Below, piece by piece: positions 58,613 to 64,000 of a DNA stretch of 64,000 nt (position 1 is the first letter of the stretch; each line of letters opens with the position of its first letter). The stretch is taken from the NCBI RefSeq assembly GCF_018350175.1, contig NC_058375.1:96720001-96784000 (forward strand), given 5' to 3'. The DNA is from Felis catus (taxonomy: Eukaryota). The position numbers and the translations under genes are program-made. Under the pieces are notes generated by a model. It saw only the letters and a list, made by a program, of their open reading frames with translations. It was not told the origin of the DNA and ran no database searches.

Positions 58613-61600
58613 AAGACAGCCAGACCTAGTTGAATTAAAGTTATGTCTTTTTTTTTTTTTTTTAAACTTAAGTTTTGGAAACCGAGTCCAGTAAGGGAGG
58701 GAGACGTGATATTATTTATATAGTTCCCATAAACTGAATTGTGTACCTTGTTTTATAAAGAATAAAACTCATGTTACGAATTTTTTCTTTGACATCTGAT
58801 TCGTCCCCATGAACTATTCCCGAGATTTTTACACTTAACACAGGAAAGGTTGGTCATCATTGGTACCAGTTTGGTCAAAATCAAGTAGGATGTCTGGGAT
58901 AAGACTTCAACACCAGCATCGCTGGTGTTAGGGAGAGACAGGGCTTAGGGCAAAGGTAAGATTATAAAGTGAAATTAGTGAAAATTAGTGAAATTAGTAT
59001 TTGGTACCACCCTGACCCCACACACCATTTTCTCTGCTCTCATCTTCATTTTTACTTCCTGGTGGGGTCCCCCCCCCCCCCCGTGTCTGTATACTCACTG
59101 TCTTTTGACTGTCTAGTCTCCGTACCGTCTTCCTGGTTGCCACTCCCTACCACTTGGCATTTTCCCATCATATAGTAGAGAGGTGTCAGGAAAGTTCTCT
59201 GATTAACCTATACGAAGTAACACTAAACTGATGTGAGGAACTATCCCAGCCAGACGTGCTCAGGGACATTTTCCCCTTCACGTCCTGTATGACTCGAAAT
59301 CGTAGAATTTCAAGCAGTGCTGTTAAGAACTTTTCCTCAAATCTGCCTGATTTAACTGACTCTGGAAAGTATAAGGAAGGTACCTGTGGTTGCTAGTTCC
59401 TCTTTCAACATTGCATTTCTTCAGGCACTTGTGTTTGTGTTGCCTGCGGGCTACCTTCCCCCTTCTGTTGTCTTACCAGATTGCTTTCTGGAATGGTGGG
59501 TTGTTCCAAATAAATGGGGGGAGCACCCTGTAGTTTGAGTTTATTTTGTAAGAACTGAAATGTAAGTCTGCTTTATCTTTTCCGGGTGACAGTCCTCTTT
59601 GTGGGGTTGACAAGCCTCTCTTTCTGTTACAAAGGAGTCTAGAGCGTGGATTTTGGTTATTCGTCCTAATTTGAATTCCCACCCTGCCACGGTTCTGCAT
59701 TCAAAAGTTTCATAGAATATAAAGAATCAGGACAAAAAGAAATGACCCAGAAGCAATCATTAACATTACTTTTTCTTTTACTATTTTATTTTGTCTGTGA
59801 CATTCCTAGACATGAGATTACCTGGTAAAAAAAATATGAACGTTTTTGGACATCTTGATAACTGTTACCTAATACTTTTTCATTGTACCATTCTGTCTTC
59901 ATATCTTTGGAGTTTTATTTTCTTTTTTAGACAAATGTCAGATCTTTTAGCCCAAAAGAGATTCTTCTTTTGGTTCTAAAAGTCATCCATTGTTTTGGAT
60001 TGTTTACTAAATTATTTAACAATGCAGGAAAACTTTAGCCCTCACCTCACAGCAGTAACTGTCATGTAGATAAATGATCACCATATACCAGGTGGTTAGC
60101 CCTGCCTTGGTCGCTAAATAGCCCAGTGAGGATGCCAAAAGTATCTATTGGTGATTGGTTGTGTTCTGTCTTCTGCCTAAAATTTTGCCATGGGTAAAAT
60201 TGCTTTGATCAACGGAAGATAGGGTCCTTTTACTCTGTATGTAAACATCTCTAATTTGGATATCTGGCACTTACCTCCTCACTTCCCGCTTTCTGCCCTC
60301 CTTTAGCCATAGTCAGATGGACCTTGTGTAAAAGCGGAAGTAATCTTGGCTATACAACCAAAGTTGTTGATATTTCCATTTTAAACAACTGAATCAGTCT
60401 TAAGTTTTGAGGCAGTAAGTAAATTAAAATCCAAAACCAGTCCTGGGGTAAGCTACCAATAAATTGCCAAAATGTTTAAAAACACGACCTTGACAAATAT
60501 AAAAGCTGTAATAGACAACCTATTCTTAGAAACTTAATCTCTGTTGAGTGGCAGTGTTTCAGTATTAAAGCTGAGCTGTTTGGGCACATTGACCTTAATC
60601 TAGTGGAAAGCGGTAGGCTTTGACATCGACACACAATCTCCATTTTAGTAACTACGAAATGCCTTGTTTTTAAATTATTGTTTCTGAACCTTGTATTTTC
60701 ACTGATGACTTCTGAGAGTATAATTATGCACCTCTATTATATCTTTTGTCAGAAGGCTAATTTGTAAATAAAGACTGATTTTCATATGTGTCCTGTAACC
60801 TGAAATAGTATCTGAAAGTGTCTTTTTAATTCACAATGATTCTTGAAAAAATGATGAATTAAATGAGCTATAAATTTTGTTAGAAACTGATTTCTAACTT
60901 CTTTGAAGGGAATTGATTTGTTCCTTGGTTTCCTCTCTGAATCTTGAACAAAAATTAATTTTTAAAGGATGAAGTTGAATTTTCTGTTTATGTCCATATA
61001 AAAATAAAAATAGATATTTGCAAATAAAAATATTTACATTTAGCAATAGTAATACAGTAGTTCTGTGAATTACCTTATTTCAATCCAAGTTAACATATAT
61101 TGCAAAAGCAGGTTTAAATAAAGTAAATGATGTTTACGTGTAAGATGCTGCTAGATGCTGTAATTAAGACTTAAGAGTTTCTTTCATATTTGTAACATTA
61201 ATTCCAATCGTTAGGTGAAATTTGGTATATTTTCTTAATAAGATGAACTTATTGTAAGTTTCACATACTTATTGTAAGTATTTGGGTGAATGTATTACTA
61301 GACGAAATAATGAAAATCTGAAGCAATCCTTGCATTTTCAGAAACAAGCAATTGTTAATTGTACATCCTTTTCCCTAGTGTTTTTGGGTAGCCTTTTTGT
61401 AAATGCTTAGCTAGTAGTCTTTTCAGGAACACAGTACTACTAATAACAAAACTAAGCAATTATAACTCAAATGGTCTTTCTGGCCAAAATTCATTTAAAT
61501 GTAAAGGAATTGGTTTTGTGTTTTTGTTTTTAATTACCCAGGCCCTTTACTTTATAGATTGAATAATTTATTTTACTTTTAATCAAATCCTACCGATCCA

Positions 61601-61749
61601 CTTGCACACATGTGCCTGATGGAACCCCCATCACTGGTTATTTGCGGAGGTTTGTGTATACCAGCAATAGAGAATGATCGTTTCTCCTTGTTTCCTGAAT
61701 TCCTGGCGCTATTCAAATCCTTTGCATTTTATGCTGAGACTGTTTACAT

Positions 61750-62540
61750 CCACTGTGATCTTCCTTAATCTTTTTTCGTTTCATCTTTGCCATTATGTCC
61801 TGTGCTCCAGCCCCAGATTAATTTCCTCGAGCATCACTTTTGTTACATCATTCCTGTGTTCAAAAACATCTGTGATCTCTTGTTGCCTACTGAAATCCTC
61901 CGGTTAGCACGGAAGCCTTACAGGTATGGACCAGCCTGCTTTTACAGCCTCACCTCCAATTATTCCCTCCTATACCAATGAAATGGGTTTGTTCCTTACT
62001 CCAGAGTACTCCTTGTACTTCTTGTAAGTGTTAAAACTTCTGGTAGGTTATCTCTTTACCCTCTTTCCCAGTATCTTGTCTTTCTAATAATTTTTATGTC
62101 AGTTCGTTTTCTACTTTCTGGATAGAATTGTGTGTGTAGGATAAGGTTAGATTATGGAGGATTTGAACGCTAGTGAGAGAGGTTTGTATTTTATCCTAAA
62201 GTCCGTGAGAATAGCCAGATGTTTTTGAGATGAGGTTTATCTAATTAATAAAACAATATATGCTTAATCTGGCACAGGTGTGTAGGACAGATTAGAGAGG
62301 GTAGAGATTAGTGTGGAAATCTTGAAAGGAAGAGTCCTATTTCCCAGGACAGGTAGAACTGATCCCGTGGTAAGGAAGAGATACCAGGTATCAAAGGTGA
62401 CGGATGTTGAGATACAGAAGAAAAGAGAATGTGAAGGACAGCTGGTTGAAGGAGGAATATGATTTACAATTTAAATTTGTTAGGATGATAGGATATGAGT
62501 GAGAACCTCAGGTTAGATCTTGAACGTGAGTTACATTAAG
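61750..62540. mobile_element. L2 fragments in both orientations
   Basis: ATCACTTTTGTTACATCATTCCTGTGTTCAAAAAC (plus); GGAGGATTTGAACGC...TTTTATCCTAAAG...TTTTTGAG (minus). Confidence 0.5.
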
Positions 62541-62550
62541 ACTTGTTTCT

Positions 62551-62764
62551 CGGGGCACCTGGGGGACTCAGTTAAGCATCCGACTCTTGATTTTGGCTCA
62601 GGTTATTATCTCATGGTTCATGAGTTCGAGCCCCACATTGGGCTCTGCACTGGCTGTGTGGGGCCTGCTTGGGATTCTCTCTCCCTTTCTCTCTCTCTGT
62701 TCCTCCCCTACTTGTGCATGCTCTCTCTCTCTCAAAATAAATAGATGAACTGAAAAAAAAAAAA
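62551..62764 (+). mobile_element. Can-SINE with perfect 13-bp TSD AAGACTTGTTTCT
   Basis: TSD at 62538-62550 and 62765-62777. Confidence 0.92.
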
Positions 62765-63956
62765 AAGACTTGTTTCTTAAATTCAGAATGGAATGCATGG
62801 AGTTTCATTCAAATAAAAATGATAAAATTACATATTAAGAAAATGTATGTGTTTATAGTATAGGTATATAGTACTATAAACAGTAAAGATATTGGCAGAT
62901 ACTTTGTTTCTAATATAACATGAAGTAACTATTGAATCACCTTTGAATTATTACCATAGAACTTAGTAATAAAATAACTGGTGATTTTTTGGTCAGATTT
63001 ATTAGGATATGATTTACCGAAAGTAAATATAATCATATAATATATGTCAGTCGTATAATCATGGTCACGATCAAAATTGAGAATATTTCCATCACACATA
63101 AAATTCTCTAGTGCCCCTTTATAGGTTGGTGATCTTTCGAGCATGTAATTTTTACCTTGTCATATACTTCATTAAAACAAAAATTTGGGGTTTCAACCAA
63201 ATTATTATAGGAGTAAATATTTGGAGTCTTAAATTGGGGGAATTTACTGATTTCTGGTAGCTTATATTTAACTGAGTAATTTAAGAAGGAGACTGATATA
63301 TATGTGTCCTTCCAAGTTTCTGCTTCTTGCTCCGCCTCCTTCCCTGTTTGATTTCCTTCCTAAAATCGGTTTCCTCTCCTGCACTCATTTTTGGGGCCAT
63401 GTGCTTGTCATACATGCTTTACTTTAGTCATCCACAGTGTTGGTCACACTGCTAATACGATGGTTACTCGTGGTGCCCTGTTAGTGCCTCACTGACTTAA
63501 TTCATTGTCACGATCATTATCTTATCCCTGCCACCTGGCTCAGTGACTGGCCTACTAGGTACTCAGAAAACAAGGTCTGAATGCGTTTTTCCTTCTCATC
63601 CAGACTTAAATACTTTAGAATAATATTAGACTCTTTAAACCTCTCCTCTTGCAAAAAGGAAAAAGTGATTACCAAGTTGTGTCAGCTCATTCTCTGTAAT
63701 ACTTTTTTTATATTCCCATCCACTTAGTTTCATATCTCCTTTCTTGTCTGGGCTTTTCTCACCTCAAAAATGGGGCTCTTTGATTTCTGTGTTTTGCTTT
63801 TCCCTTTTATCTTGTAAACCACTGCTAATTCAGTTTTATGTAAGTCATTCTCTCACCCAGAGACCTCAGTGGTTCCCTGTTGACCACAGAAGATAAAAGC
63901 TTGTCTGTCCAGCATTCAAGACCTTTATTTACAATCTATTGAACAAGTTTGAGTGT

Positions 63957-64000
63957 GGGGGCGCCAGGGGGGCTCAGTCGGTTGAGCGTCCAACTTCGGC
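63957..64000 (+). mobile_element. Can-SINE head, cut by window end
   Basis: GGGGCGCCAGGGGGGCTCAGTCGGTTGAGCGTCCAACTTCGGC. Confidence 0.88.

Larger units (their letters stand above)
37389..64000 (+). other. MAGI3: MAGI3 intron 1 (partial; runs past the window end)
   Basis: Starts with GT after the coding exon. No downstream exon continuing the MAGI3 protein was found; the region is repeats plus AT-rich unique DNA. A very long first intron is typical of MAGI genes. Confidence 0.85.

Noticed and set aside
58909-58998. 9-bp hairpin AACACCAGC-ATC-GCTGGTGTT and a 3x AGTGAAATT repeat
   Set aside because: A hairpin of this size is near chance expectation and too short for a pre-miRNA; the GAAA spacing (5-6 nt) does not match an ISRE.
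176-62808. Many 60-140-aa ORFs with MAQSVKRPTSAQVMIS / ERERER / SLSLSL motifs
   Set aside because: Translations of Can-SINEs and their CT/GA tracts, not genes.
1-64000. CRISPR arrays, rRNA, snRNA/7SL/Y RNA copies, numts, MAGI3 exon 2
   Set aside because: Looked for by eye and none recognised; the dispersed repeats are SINEs, not repeat-spacer arrays. Weak, highly diverged copies could have been missed without a search tool.

Overview
Mammalian genomic DNA from a felid (cat family), judged by about 32 tRNA-derived Can-SINE (SINEC_Fc-type) copies and carnivore L1 3' ends. The only supportable protein-coding feature is the first coding exon of MAGI3 (+ strand, ATG 37073, donor after 37388; 316 nt, 105 codons + 1 nt, N-terminal PDZ0 domain). 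It sits in a CpG island/promoter (~35990-37570). About 36 kb of upstream intergenic DNA precedes it, and about 26.6 kb of intron 1 follows; I found no exon 2 in the window. The rest is lineage-specific SINEs/L1s, ancient repeats (L2, MIR, MaLR/ERV LTRs, Tigger, hAT relics), microsatellites and a 148-N assembly gap. Nearly all other ORFs in the track are repeat-derived, GC-rich shadow frames or chance. I found no convincing new multi-gene system. The best leads are regulatory or structural: (1) an out-of-frame uORF overlapping the MAGI3 start codon; (2) a 42-bp alternating-palindrome array with six WGATAA sites beside an AP-1 site; (3) a strong cryptic 3' splice site created by a very young antisense SINE in intron 1; (4) a 16-kb SINE-free zone around the promoter; (5) two head-to-head SINE pairs with the same ~31-bp spacer geometry. 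Repeat family names come from recognition of consensus motifs by eye, not from a database search, and ancient-repeat boundaries are approximate.
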